A DNA stretch of 64,000 nucleotides from Podarcis gaigeae (Eukaryota). Both the position numbers and the translations under genes were made by a program. The stretch lies in assembly GCA_964106915.2 (NCBI GenBank), contig OZ066918.1. The stretch is one strand, 5' to 3'. Shown piece after piece: positions 11,782 to 25,350 of the stretch. How positions within the stretch are numbered: the stretch's first letter is position 1; every line of letters begins with the position of its first letter. The notes beneath the pieces are model-generated. The model was not told where the DNA came from. It saw only the letters and a program-made list of their open reading frames with translations, and made no database searches.

Positions 11782-14640
11782 AATACTGTAGTATTGATAT
11801 GGCATCCATAATTAATCTACATCCTACTATGCTAGCATTTTTTTGGGGGGGGGAAATACCTCAATTCAATTTTTTCTTTTGGAAATCTCACCAAATATAT
11901 CTAAATTTGGTGTTATCTTGCCCATTTTGGTGCATGGCTGAGCAAAAGAGGTAAGCAGAGCCTTTCTTTGGTAGGGTAAAAGATTTCCTCCTCTTTCAAA
12001 TATTCTGATTATTTCTACTTTTAGTTAAGCATTTTTATTTATTTACTTGATTACGGGGGAGGACAGCTGCCCCCCTCCCCCCGGCTACGCCCAGGAGCCC
12101 AACCCTACACTTAGTTACACAGATGAAAGTCCAGCTGTGGTCAGCAGGCTACAAGCTCAGACACTGTAAAGACTAACGTATTTATCGTGACAAGCTTTTA
12201 TGAACTCTGTTCAGAACTCTTGATGAACCCATGACTATTTCTTGCATTTGCTTGGCCTTTAGGCCCGACTGTGTAAAAGATTGTTTCTTACCCCCCCCCA
12301 TCTCCCCCCCCCCTAGTCTGCCCCCATCTTTCTAGATCATGTCATGCTTTTTACCAGTGGTTGGTGGGTGGAGGCACACGATTCCCTTTCATTTCTACTG
12401 CAACATACTACTCAGGATACTCTTCAGGAATCACATTTCTGTCTATCCTATTTGAACTCACAACACAAAAAACCCCACTACCATTTTGGTTCTAGTCTTT
12501 TCTAACTGCAGACACAGGTTTTGAAAAGACTGCCTTTTGTTTTCCTTCAGAGAATAGTAAAAGTGTGTGATGTTTTTTCTTGCTGGAAGCATTTGAGGAA
12601 CAGACAACTCTTGTGAACAATTTAAAAGCTGCAACAGTTCAACTGAACTGCAATATTTAACCCATTTTATTCTCTGCCTATCACCAACATTAAAGGCAAA
12701 GCTTTGATTCCACATTTTATGATTCCATTTGTTATTGTCTTAAGCCTGATTGCAGCCTGTGTGTTTCCAGCAGATTATCTCTGGTAATCACTTTCTTTTC
12801 TGCAATGGAAATGATCTGAAAATTGCTCTTTGATAACCAGGGATGGGTTCATTGAGGCCACGATGCACAAAAGCAAGAATTGTGCAATAATCATTTGTAA
12901 AGAGAAACCGTTATCAAAGGAACTGTGGGGGACACCTCCAGGACTTCTCGGGCGAGTTGTTGAAATTTGAAACATATATTTCTCACACAGGAATTTTGCT
13001 GTAAACTCTTCTGAATAATGCATGAGACTTGATTTAACGTCACAGTTAATCCTGGCATTTGCCGCCAGAAAATAGTACTCTTAGGGTACATCAGATTGGG
13101 GGTAGGGGAGAGGAGACGGGAGCAGCGCAGAACTAAAATCTGTTAAGATAGTTGTGGCGGAATTCCAAGCAGCTTGATAGGAAGATGCTTTTTGTTGGTA
13201 AGAACCTTCCTTAATGAAGCACAATAACCAGCTGCTCCCATAACAGGCAGGAGAAAAGGGCACTCAAGTCTGGCTTTGCCGCTGACTGCACCAACTCAAG
13301 AAGGTTCTGCTGTCTCCCTGACTAGAGACTGTGTATAAAAAACACAATTGTCACATTCACATATTTTTAAGAGTGACTATTGATGCTTTGCAGCCGCGGA
13401 GTACTTTTCGGAGTTCAAAGCACCTATACCTTCACAACAGTCTTGCATTTGTTTATTGTGCCGCAACACATCCATTGGTGCAGCACTTCTGGCCACAATA
13501 CAGTATGTATTATTATTTTCATGATGCAGGTTGGGAACTAAGCGTAACAGACACGGCCTTGCCTGAGCTCTGCGTTTGTGGTTGAAAAGAGACTTCCCCT
13601 GGTGTATCCTCACTTCCTTCTTCCATGCGTCTCCCCCCAATATGCTCTAGTTGGTTGGGGGACCCCCTGGAGCAGATTGGGGGGGCATGTTGGAGTGCAA
13701 GGGGAAGCAGACATTCCACCGTGTGAGCAGAAATTGGCTCAGGTGTTGTTGGATATCACACATGGAGCTTAAATGCACTAGGGACTTTCTGCTACCCCAG
13801 AGTAATGCTGCTGCTTTGATTATGTTGAATTTAATTTATTCACATTTTGATCCTGATCTATTCCTTTGCTGTCTGCTACGTATTAATTCATGAAAGCTTT
13901 CTTAGTTAAGCAAACATGAATATTTTTTCATTATAGTCATTCTTAATTTATGAAAGGAATTGCTTTTTTATCTATTCAGAAGAAGTTTAACTGGAATGTT
14001 TGCTAGCTAGTTAATGTGGATATACATTTACGGAATGTATCTAATCAGCTGAGTATATTTATGTGTTGTTTTGCTGCATCTACATGTTGATTTGTTTTAC
14101 TCTTTCCATGAGTTGCTTTGAGTATATTTATGGGAAAGCAGCAAATAAAGACACAAATATAATTAATAGCAAACAGGCACCTGATTCCTGCACTCCTTTG
14201 CTGAAATCAGAAGCTCTTGGCCACACGGAAGACCCTGCAGCAGATGTCTCCTATGCCAGCATTACTCGGGTTTTGATCAATGAGTGCAAGCTATAGTATG
14301 GGCTTTTCACATTACCCGATGGCATGGGAAAGAATCACATTGCAAATTGCTTTTTCCACCTTACAAACATGAGCAATGGGCCCTAAATTACCCCTAAAGA
14401 TGTAACATGTGAAGTGGCCCTGTATTTACAGCTGATGCAGTAAAAGGATGAAGTTCATCTTAATCAGAAGTTCTACTTATTCCTGCTCCCACCTCCTACA
14501 TGGGATCAAATTGGAGCAATTCTCAAAGAACAAATCTAATGTCTTCTTGTAAAAGATTTAGAAATGGTAGGAAAATCCAATATATCACTGTAACTTTGCA
14601 AACACAAAACGCAAACCCTCACAAAGATTAATGGGTGGTC

Positions 14641-15990
14641 AAAGTATATCAATCAATTTTTTATTGCAGTCCTAAGACTCACCAATAGATTCCAGTACAT
14701 AAAAAGACATAAAACATACTTACTATTTTGACATCAGATAAAACTAAGCTTCTTTCAGACCTTTAACTAATACAAAGTGCTCTCTGATCCTGTCCGCCTT
14801 AGAATGAAACTTGGCAATTGCCAAAGATACACTGGGAAACCTATCCTCTAATAGGTACCTAACATAAAATTGTGCAGGTCTTCCTGGAAGGTTTGCAATT
14901 AAAGAAATTACCTTTTGTTGTCGGACCTGCTTGTATAGTCTGCAGGACAGTAGAATATGCTGCATAGATTCTACTTCCTGAATTGTACAGGGGCATAATC
15001 TAGCAGAGTAAGGAAATACCCGCAAATCTGCCTTGGAGCATTTTAGAAGGAAACACATTCAGTCTGGCCTTGGTAAAAAGTCTGCGGTAGTTGACCACTG
15101 TCAAGTTCCCGACATACTGTAAACTCACAGCTCTTGGTGAGCAGGATGAGTATGAACAGGTCTGCAGATCACCATAGGCAACGGCCCACAGTCTTTGCTT
15201 TAGTGATTTAAAGGCTATGTTGAAGCCCAAGTGTTCAAGAAGAAATGGGGACAGCCCAATTGAGGGAGCTTTTTGGGCGTTGCACTTGGACCAGAAACTA
15301 ACATACTCATTCTGAGCTAGATGTTGTAGTACTCCTGTCCCCAATATGAAAACACTGACTTTAAGCCAGTATCTGAAGGCTGCCCACCAGGCCCAGGTCA
15401 GTAGAGGGCATTCCCAAGTTTCCAAGAAATGACTGAGGTAGGTACATCTGGGGATCTGGAGGACAGCCCTCAAGAATTTAGCCTGGAGATCATGCAACTC
15501 AGATGTTAATCCTCCACTCCAGATATTAGAGGCATATAGTAATTCGGCAGCTGTCCTGAATATTTTGATGGCAGGTGGAATATACTGGCCCCCTTTAGTA
15601 AAGTGGCTGATTGACTAACTTGTGCTTTCTGAGGGCTGCAGATCTATGGGTGATCCATGTCGTTATGTGATGGAATGTCAGCCCCAGGTATTGGATGCTT
15701 CTAATCTGATTGAGGGCGTGCTCATCTAGTGACCATTTGCAGTGGGATAGATTCTTTTCAAAAACCCAAATTTTAGATTTCCCAAAGGTAATTTTTAGGC
15801 CATTCTGTACACAATAAGGCATGAACCTCTTTAGTTGATAATTTAGACCTGGTCTGGAACATGAGAGAATGGCTGCGTTGTCAGCATACAATAATAATGG
15901 AGTCCTCCAGACCCCAAGTTTGGGCGGGTGGCCAAGTGGCTCTAGGTCATTTATAAATATGGTAAACAATGAGGGTGCCAGGATACATTT
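14641..15990 (-). mobile_element. Degenerate non-LTR LINE (RTE-X-like), 3' RT and CCHC region
   Basis: Fragments FINDL..HPPKL..LLYADN, YLGLTF and CPC..ESMQHILLSC with frameshifts; homologous to 55805-56980. Confidence 0.85.
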
Positions 15991-16806
15991 ATAATTATCT
16001 AGTGGCAGCTAAAATAGCAATATGTACTTGTTGCTAGGCGCCAGTCAGTAGGCTGTCAGCCATCAGTTTCTGAGCCACATGATGAGAGATCAACTGAATT
16101 TAGATTTAGACCAAATCCATCTTTCTAGAGGAGGACTCATGTGACTCCCCTCTATCAACCCATGCCCATGAACCCTTGGAGGAGGGATTTCACATACAAT
16201 AAACACTTACTATACAAAAATCCATATATACACAGTTTATACAGCATTGGATTCATAAATGTATAAAGTGTTCCTGAGAAAACATAGCAAAAAATATTAC
16301 TTATTAAATTTATATAATGACCTTCATCCAAAGGTCACAGGTGGGCTCCAGTATCAGTAATTTAAGACTGTTTGCAACCTAAATGCTTCAAAAGGCAGAC
16401 ATTACTAAAGGAATGAAATCTAAATCAACTGTTACACCTTGCTTCCTCAAAATTACTTTCTAAGATTTTTTTGTACTGATAGCTTTGTAGATGTTACACA
16501 GTCATGTGTTTTGAAAAATTTAAGAGAAATTTGACTGGGAGCACAGCTCAGTGGAAAAGTGCCCTGTCTCGTATGTTAGTGGTCCCAGATCCAATCTCTG
16601 GCATCAACCAAGGGAACAGAGGTAGCAGATTTGGAAGACACACACACCTGGCACCTGGAGTTGCCAGTAGGAATAAGCCTATTTTGTACAAGGCTTCTTC
16701 ATGTGAAACAATTCATTTCTGTATGCACTGAAAATAGATTCAATGGAGTCTAGCGCAGAATAATGAGTGTTCTTCCTAGGGGTGCATCCCAGTACTGTAT
16801 GCGTTT

Positions 16807-17004
16807 TCAAGGTAACTGCTCACCAGGTACACTTCGAGAACTGAAGATTGTGGGGTAGAAATCTATCAGTAACCCAATGAAAATATTTATCGGTACCAGA
16901 GTACTGAAAGAAGGAGTGCCTTTGGGTGACCAGATTAAATTCAGGCCGAAGACGCAAGCCAGATTGGAACCAGTCATTTTGTTGAAAATGCTTTCCTGTG
17001 ACAC
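16807..17004 (-). CDS. ARHGAP8: ARHGAP8 last coding exon ([25 protein letters not shown]...GEQLP*)
   Basis: ttccag|GTG acceptor, RhoGAP C-terminal NKM...NLA.VF motif, TGA at 16807-16809. Confidence 0.95.
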   Translation of the reverse strand: MSQESIFNKMTGSNLACVFGLNLIWSPKGTPSFSTLVPINIFIGLLIDFYPTIFSSRSVPGEQLP

Positions 17005-19946
17005 CTGGAAAGAGGCAACACATGCAGATCATTAAGCACAAAACACACAGAGGACCAAACTGCTAACTATTCAAAACTGGAGGCACAGCTGCCTCCACTT
17101 GAAAGATTTCATTCTACACTCTGCATCCCTGCCAAGAAGTCTGCCCAGCCTCTGAACTGGCTTGCAATAAAATAAGATAAACAATTGATGCAGCATTTGT
17201 TTACTAGCAGGTACAGTGGAACAGGTATACATAACTCTAACAGTTATCTGATTCCAACTCTGAACAGCAAAGTAGAGATGGAGTTAGGGGAGTTTGACCG
17301 GTTTGCCTGCCCATGAGGGCAAATGCAGGGAGCACCACAACAATGACAAACAATGGAAGGCGGGGCGGGGGGCACTGAATTTTGGGGTTGCCCGGGATGC
17401 TGCTGAAATTTGGAAACCCAAAGCACCACAGCCAGGATACGAACTCCGCAGATTAAGTCAAACCCATTTCCAGCCCTGCCCACCTGCCCCAGGCTAGTCC
17501 CAAGAAGGTTGGCTCATGGAGCCCAAAAGGTTCCTTAGCCCTAGACTATGGGGATAGAGAGCAGGGTTGGCCCATGTGAGCCAGGTCCATGGGTGTGTAC
17601 AGCAGGCAGAATCCACATTCACAAGGGTGTAAGTTGCTGAAATGCCAAGGAGCTCTTTGGGTTCTCAAGAGAGAAGAGACATGTGGTGTTATGTGAGACA
17701 CCAGGGGAAGGCTCTTTCAGAAGCATCAAGCTGCCTCATCCCTTCTCCTCCTTGGGGGCCAGGGATGGTGGCCAGAGCCAGGCCCTCAGCTTTCTCCTAT
17801 CCCAGGGGTTCTCAAAGTGGGGGTCCATGGACCACGAGTGGCCTGCTAGCTTTATTCAGGTAGTCTGCAGTAGCGATCCCCATGGATGGGGGTCCCTGGG
17901 ATAACTCAGTCAGTAAAGATTCTTAATCTCAGGGTCATGGACCGAGCAAGAGGACTAGATGACTTTCGTGGTAGCTTCCAACTCTACCATTCCATGCTTC
18001 TATGCTGGTTATACTTTTATGATGTCTGTTAAAAATTTAGTAAATTGTGGTGGTAGTGGATGTTTACTTTTCAGTGTGCCTGCCAATAAAATATATTCAT
18101 TACAAGCCAGATGTGCTTGTACTGATCTCATTTGTAGCCATGCTCACCAAGGTAAGAATGAGATTTATTAGTAGGCTCTAGGACTTGTGGGATGGGAGTT
18201 GTCTTTGGAGCAAGAGACACTCCTAAGTAGGTGAAATCCTTTTCTGAACTGAGACAATGTCCAACGTTTCCATCATATATATCAGGAACATTCCGCCCCC
18301 CCACCACCTGAGTCCACTGCAGGGGACTTGCAGCTTTTCATTTCAAACAGCTGTGCAAGAGAGGCTCCCTCTCTCTCAAGCCTTCCCACATGAGTACCTT
18401 CACAGCGTCCCTTTTGCCTGCCTCAGACTTCCCCAAGAGCCCTGCTTAAGCAATAATGCCCACGGTGCTGGTGTGGTGGCGTCCATACCCATCCTTTGGC
18501 TTGAAATGTCTAACTTTATTGACCACCAATGTTGCTGCCACCAGCTGAACTGCACAAAGCTGCCTGATGTTTATGTCAACTGAAAATCTTCAGCTGCCCT
18601 CCCAGGATGTTCACACTACCTTGACCTTTCCAAATGTAAAGTGTTCCCTCAGACAGTGAAGATGAAAAAAACAAGGATCAGCAAAAACTGCAGATCTGAG
18701 CACCAAAATCAACTCAGGTCTGCACTTTACATAATAAGGGACACTCAAAAATAATTCTATGTTCTGTTATCCAATTACCAGAGGCATCACAGAGTACTTT
18801 TGCACACCTCATTAACACCTTGAGCGTTGAGAAGTGTGTTGAAACGGCATGTCTATTACTGGAACAAAAAGTCACTTAGATCCATAATGCTGAGGAGAGA
18901 TATTTGTAGCTAAAATAATAGCAAATGAGGTGAGGATTTTCATAATAGCTTCTGGAGATTATATTAAGCAATGACAGATGAAGGTATCTGATGCATTCTG
19001 TAGTACTGTGTAAGCAGAAGTGGCTCTATTATAAGGGAAACTGAGGCAGAATTAAAGAATCACCTTGCTGCGTCACTGAGGCAACTTAGTCTAGTTTTAT
19101 ATATGTTTTATATATGTTGTGAGCCACCCAGAGTGGCTGGGGAAACCCAGCCAGATGGGCAAGGTATAAATAATAAAATTATTATTAGTAGTAACCCATC
19201 TGCAACATGGTCCAGGCACTTCTGCTTTTTAAAAAGGTGCAGCCTCTCTGGGCTCAACAAAAGCAGAGGCCATTACAGAATTAGGACTGGTGTTCAATGT
19301 GATGAAGGAGGCAGGTTTCAGTTATCATTACAGGCAACAGAGTGAGTGATGGATATTTTTGATCTATGGGGCACCAATACGTTTTCCGGAGCAGCTCTCA
19401 CTTGGAATGAATGGTGGCTCTTTTCAGTGAGGCCTGAGCATTAGAGATTCCAGACGGACTGTGCTCCAGCTTATTAGCCTTCCCCCCAATAACAACAGAG
19501 AGACAAACCCCTCAGAGCAATGTTAATATTATATCACATGCAGCTGAATAAATGTGTATAGAAATGGTGTGCATGCTCTGGGCAACTGTGATGAACTGGA
19601 GCTTCACAGCCACGTGTATTTGCAGCAAAACTGTCCCTTGCTATGATCAACATGTGGATGTCATTCTTTTTTGAATGTGAAAAGACTTCCCACGCTGGAA
19701 AAAGTGGTCAGAGTGCAGCAGATGTAAAAGATAAGCACACATACTTCAATAGGTGCCACTGAAACTGGATGGTTGCAGGTCTCCAGACTGCTGTTATTTT
19801 GTTATTTGGCTAAATGTGGCTTTGAAGCTGGATTAAATACACATTATAGTAGTGGTCACAAGGAGGTTGCTGAAAATGATAGTCGCACAGTGAGTTAGTT
19901 CTCCATCCACCACTAGCAAGGGACTTGCTGTGCAGTTGGCCACTGT

Positions 19947-21873
19947 CAGGGGCGCCGACTTATAAAAAATATTGGGGGGGCCCACACCGGGGTCCTGCCC
20001 CGGGAAGTTTTCTAAATTTTAGATGAAAATTAGTGAGTTTTAAAGTTTTTTAAAAGTATTTTAGAGTCATATGATCAACATTAGAACCCCGAAAACTCGA
20101 CTCTCTATAACTCCACACTCCGGGAAACTCGACAAGCCTGAAACACTTTTTGGCTTTGAAAAAAGAAGCAAAACAAAAACACGCACGGTATTTTCGTAAA
20201 AAGCTAATTTAATTTACAGTAACAATTATGCTTATAGACTATTACAGAGCAGTGAATATATAGCTCTGAAAAGACTGAAATGATATTTAAATAAATCCTA
20301 AACTATCATTAAAAGAATAAAACATAAAATATTGCTGTCGCACAGTAATAGCACTTTGATTAATAAGTGAAATAGCTAATTTAAGCTTACTTTGAATAAG
20401 GCTGAGGGTTCATTAAATAAATATAATATCTCAAAGTTAATGCTTTAATACAGTTAATAAAGTTAATACAGTATGCCTAATACTGTATGTAAATACTGTA
20501 ATACTGTATGTAAATAACGGGCTTTAATTGGGTCTTACACCCTAAAAATATTTAAGTATTTGAAAATAACTAATACAGTACTATAGTAATATAGAAATAC
20601 AGTACTAAACTAGTACTAATATTTCAAAACTGAAAATTTAACATTCTGTATGTATTTAATTCTCTATTTTATAAAGATTTTTAATATCTGACAGTGAGTT
20701 TGGAGTAGCCCAATGCAAAAATCCTGAGGATCCATGTGGATCCATGCTTTGTAACCACGTTTTTGCACCACTGTGACCCTAGGCAACAGTGGGTGCGTGA
20801 TTTTTTTGGTGCAAGATGTAGCCATGGACATGCTATGTGATCTGATGGTGAATTTGGGGTGACCCAATGCAAAGATCCTGAGGATCCATGTGGATCCGTG
20901 CTTTGTAACCACATTTTTGCACCACTGTGACCCTAGGCAACAGTGGGTGCATGATTTTTTTGGTGCAAGATGTAGCCATGGACATGCTATGTGATCTGAT
21001 GGTGAATTTGGAGTAGCCCAATGCAAAAATCCTGAGGATCCATGTGGATGCGTGCTTTGTAACCACGTTTTTGCACCACTGTGACCCTAGGCAACAGTGG
21101 GTGCGTGATTTTTTTGGTGCAAGATGTAGCCATGGACATGCTATGTGATCTGATGGTGAATTTGGGGTGACCCAATGCAAAGATCCTGAGGATCCATGTG
21201 GATCCGTGCTTTGTCACCACGTTTTAAATGGGGAGGGAAGGAAAAACACAGAAGGGACAAGAAGCACAAGAGGGGTGTGCGGAGAAGCAGCTGGCTAAGA
21301 ATGCAGGGGAGGAGTTTAACGGGGTGGGGGGGAGGAAAGGAAGGCAAAAGTCCCCCCCCCCCAAGCCAGCCCTCTCTCTCTCTCTCCCACCTGCATCCCT
21401 AGAGCACGGAGAGGAGGAGGTGGTGGGCTGGAGCCTGCACGCAGTGTGACTAGGAAAGAATTAGAAGGAAGGACTCGATCCTTTCCTTAACCCTCTGCTT
21501 GCCAGGAGGGCAGGGGATTCCCTGCTCTTTGTTGAGTTTGAGCAAACGCAGCAACAGAAGCCGGTGGGCAGTAAGACCCTGAGGCAGAATGCAGGAAAGC
21601 AGCAGCTTCCGCCTTCCCTCCGCCCGACCGCCCGATCTGATTTTTGCCTGATTTTTGCTCCTGCGCTCCGGCGAGTCAGCTCCAGGGACCACACATTCGC
21701 TCAATAACACGCACAGACATTTACCCTTACTTTTTAGGAGAAAAAAATCTGTGTGTTATAGAGCGAAATTTACAGTAATAATTTTGTTACATTATTGGGG
21801 GGGGCGGAGCCCCCCCAAACGAATTTTTGAGGGGGCTCGGGCCCCCTCAGGCCCCATGGAGTCGGCGCCTATG
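19947..21873. mobile_element. Non-autonomous hAT element with the same termini as 2333-2884 and a different interior
   Basis: TIRs CAGGGGCGCCGACT / AGTCGGCGCCTATG and perfect TSD GCCACTGT (19939-19946, 21874-21881). About 50 bp (left) and 100 bp (right) are nearly identical to the first copy. Confidence 0.9.
20693..21225. repeat. 154-bp tandem repeat (about 3.5 units) inside the hAT element
   Basis: Recurring ATGTGATCTGATGGTGAATTTG...GATCCATGTGGAT. The identical ORF ends at 20833, 20987 and 21141 are 154 bp apart. Confidence 0.95.
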
Positions 21874-22505
21874 GCCACTGTCCCATGGGAAGACAGCACA
21901 CCCCTTTTGCCACCTGAAGCTTAGGTTTTAGGAGGAAATATCTTGCCACAGAGACACTCTTCCTTGTGGCATCCTTGCAGCAACTTTAACATGCATTCCA
22001 GATCTCAGTCCAGATCTTCTGAACGTACTTAACAGTAGAGAATAAGTAAAGGCAAGGCAAGGTACACCTGGCCATACTTTGCATTGTATAATTTAGGCTG
22101 AGGCATCCTTTGACAGACATTATAGTTTTGTTTTCACAGTGTAAAAAAGTAATATTTATGTTCACACGTTTAAGGATCTAGCCTACAAATCAAGGGAAAG
22201 CTTTAAGAAGTAAATAAGAGAGGCTTGTAAATGCTTCTTTTAAGCGGTTCAGTGGATTATTTGATTTTATTTGGATTTACATGGCACTATGGGTTATTTA
22301 TGAAAGGGGTTTATACTAAAGTTATCATTGGGGTCATTAGTCTGCTCTGACTTTTATTATTACTGGAGACAGCAGCAGTTTGTAACTGCTGTTTTGGCAA
22401 TGAATGTTTCACAGCCTCCTTGCAATTTTTAGAATTAAAACCAGTTGTTACACAACAGCTTCAGAATTAAACAGCAGCAATCATGAGGATTTAATTCCTA
22501 CTCAC

Positions 22506-22609
22506 CATATGGAGAAAGCATATAAGAAACTTCAGAACAGCATAATTTTGCTCAGGAAGTCCATGTACAATTTCTCTGCAGTTCATCACCCGTAAGCTAC
22601 TTTCTACAC
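22506..22609 (-). CDS. ARHGAP8: ARHGAP8 exon 12 (SVESSLRVMNCREIVHGLPEQNYAVLKFLICFLHM)
   Basis: ttgcag|GT acceptor, ATG|gtgagt donor, 104 nt; needs phase-1 entry. Confidence 0.93.
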
Positions 22610-23632
22610 CTGCAAGAACACAGAATTTATTATAACTAATGTTGATAAAGAGTCAAAGAGGTGCATTGCCAGAGAGGAACAGTATGTCTTTGTTTGATCC
22701 CAAATGATTTTATCTGTCAAGGCTTTTGTCTGGTACAGGCTAATAAAGGAGGACAAAATGCACTTGCAGTTCCAGTTTACACCCTCTAATGAAACTGCCT
22801 GGGAACCCTTTGTCCAAACCCAAATCTCTTCCATATCCAAATTCAATCTAAACAAGACTGCACCACTTCTCCATTAGCTAGTGGGAACCTGAGTTCTAAT
22901 GTGATCTTACCAAAACACACACAAACACAAGCTGCAACCCAACACACCCCTCACCCTACTTCTCCACACAATGCAGAAGACTCAGAGGTTCACTTCATGC
23001 CAAGAAAGACAAATGACATTCTTTCCTCTAATCAGTTGGCAGATGCAGGGCACTTGGCACCAAGAAGGGATCAGCTTCTAATTTTGTACCACCCTTTGCA
23101 GACACTTTGAAACAGCAGGGATAGAGTTTGGTAATCTTTTGTAATATGGCGCCCTTTGTGAGGCCAAAATTTGGTGTCCCCAAATGTCTCTTCTCCATTT
23201 TGTGCCCCCTTGGTTTGGTGCCCTGTGCAGGAAAAGCATTTGCACTGCTCTAAATCCAGCACTGGGAAGAGCAAAATATTCTTGCTTCTCCTCAGTGTCT
23301 GCACAGTCCCGTGTGAAATGGTTGACTCCTTCCCTGTATCAAGTTCCACAACACTTGAGGGAGGATCAGGGCTGACTATAAAGCCCAACCAAAATATGTG
23401 AACCCCTGCAATGGGAACTTTGATTCCACTTGTAGGCCTGCAAAGTCTTGAAAATTCTAGGTGTCTGTAAAAGAAAAGCATGTGTCTAACTCTCATGGTT
23501 CATGCAGACAGATGTGAATACTGCATCGCATGTCAACTCTTCTACAGAAATCCATGGGACTTGCAAGTGCTCAGTTCTGGCAGTGTTTTTTGGACGGCAG
23601 AAATCACAGATAAATCAGAACCACATTATTTA

Positions 23633-23666
<34 letters not shown>

Positions 23667-23667
<1 letters not shown>

Positions 23668-23908
23668 AGTGGCACCTTGGGTTACATACGCTTCAGGTTA
23701 CATACGCTTCAGGTTACAGACTCCGCTAACCCAGAAATAGTGCTTCAGGTTAAGAACTTTGCTTCAGGATGAGAACAGAAATCGTGCTCCGGCGGCACGG
23801 CAGCAATGGGAGGCCCCATTAGCTAAAGTGATGCTTCAGGTTAAGAACAGTTTCAGGTTAAGTACGGACCTCCGGAACGAATTAAGTACTTAACCCGAGG
23901 TACCACTA
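23667..23908. mobile_element. Tigger/mariner-type MITE, copy 1, inserted in a (TTA)n microsatellite
   Basis: TIR CAGTGGTACCTCGGGTTA family, TA TSD, about 240 bp; homologous to the other two copies. Confidence 0.9.
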
Positions 23909-23960
<52 letters not shown>

Positions 23961-23967
23961 TACTCAC

Positions 23968-24107
23968 TAGTAATTCCATAGTAATTCCAATGATTTGATC
24001 ATAGGGTTCAAAGGTCAGTAAAGGCTCTGGGAGTTCCCTGAGTAAAGTCTTAAGTATGACAGCAGGAATATGGATATCTCCATAATCATCGAAATTAACA
24101 GATTTTC
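23968..24107 (-). CDS. ARHGAP8: ARHGAP8 exon 11 ([42 protein letters not shown]) with an 11-nt tandem duplication at its 3' end
   Basis: catag|G acceptor, A|gtgagt donor. The exon is 140 nt (129 + 11); TAGTAATTCCA occurs at 23968-23978 and 23979-23989. Confidence 0.92.
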
Positions 24108-25101
24108 CTATGTTAAAAAAAAAAGCCAAATTAGCAATATAGTTTTACAACCTGTTTACGGCCTGTAGGCAGACCAACACTGCATTATGAAGATGTCTGC
24201 AAACATAACATGAAGGCTGGCAACATTAACCCTGCACGGTGGGAATTTCTTGCAGAGGATCACAGCACCTGGAGACAGTCAGGTGTGACCAGAGGAAGAA
24301 TGATCGCTGGGAGGAATGCAGAGAGAAGAAACCAGCTGCAATAAAACATGTCTCTCCTGTATTGGTCTCTATGGCCACAATAGGTGCTGTAACTCCCCAA
24401 CCAATTGATTTCATCCCTTTCATGACATCAGGTAATTATTCAGTGTTCAAAACATTTCAAATGCCTACTGTTATTTCACAGGTTGTTGCTGCCTATCTTA
24501 ATGTTAGGATGACATATTGCCCTTACTTCAACCAGTAGATTTGTCAGCTATAGCCTGGACCCACAGAACAGCTCTTCCCAATTTCCAAAGAGTCTTTCGA
24601 TTTGTGTTTATGCAAAAGCAGCCCTCATGCACTTAAGAAACATAGAGGACCTTCAAATGGGTTTGTGATATGGAATGTAACTTTGCCATTCAAAGGCGGA
24701 GTAAGTCAAGATAGAGAACTGCCTTATAGTCAGACAACTGATTCATCCAGAACAGTACTGTCTACTCCAGGGCTAGCCAGCATCTTGTTGGGCTACAACT
24801 GCTATCATCCCTGATCATTGGCCATGCTCACTGTTGCAGTCAAACATTTCGAATTAGCTAGTCTGTGAAGTAAGGGATCCTCTTAAGTGACGATTCTAGG
24901 GACCGAGCCTGGGACTTCATGGATGCAAATCTTGTGCCCTAGCAAGAGGCTGCCTAAATCCAACTCAGTACACTCATTGTAATTCTTTTGAACTTGGCTA
25001 AAAGTTTCAGTTGATTAACTAGCATGGACCAATTTCAATGGGTAAGGCTAAAAATTAAGATCCTGCTAGTTTATCTATTAATTGTTTGTTATTATGGTTC
25101 T

Positions 25102-25350
25102 GGTAAAGGTAAAGGTAAAGGTACCCCTGCCCGTACGGGCCAGTCTTGCCAGACTCTGGGGTTGTGCGCCCATCTCACTCAAGAGGCCAGGGGCCAGCGC
25201 TGTCCGGAGACACTTCCGGGTCACGTGGCCAGCGTGACATCGCTGCTCTGGCGAGCCAGAGCCGCACACGGAAACGCCGTTTACCTTCCCGCTGGTAAGC
25301 GGTCCCTATTTATCTACTTGCACCCAGAGGTGCTTTCGAACTGCTAGGTT
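25102..25350 (-). mobile_element. 5'-truncated Sauria SINE
   Basis: (AAAGGT)n tail on the plus strand; body homologous to 11412-11781. Confidence 0.9.

Noticed and set aside
1-14000. PHF21B terminal exons expected from synteny
   Set aside because: No matching peptide or credible exon found; ORF 5-442 has no recognisable motif.
20664-21347. Repetitive ORFs or a CRISPR-like array
   Set aside because: Contiguous 154-bp tandem units with no unique spacers, in a vertebrate context; the ORFs are by-products of the repeat.
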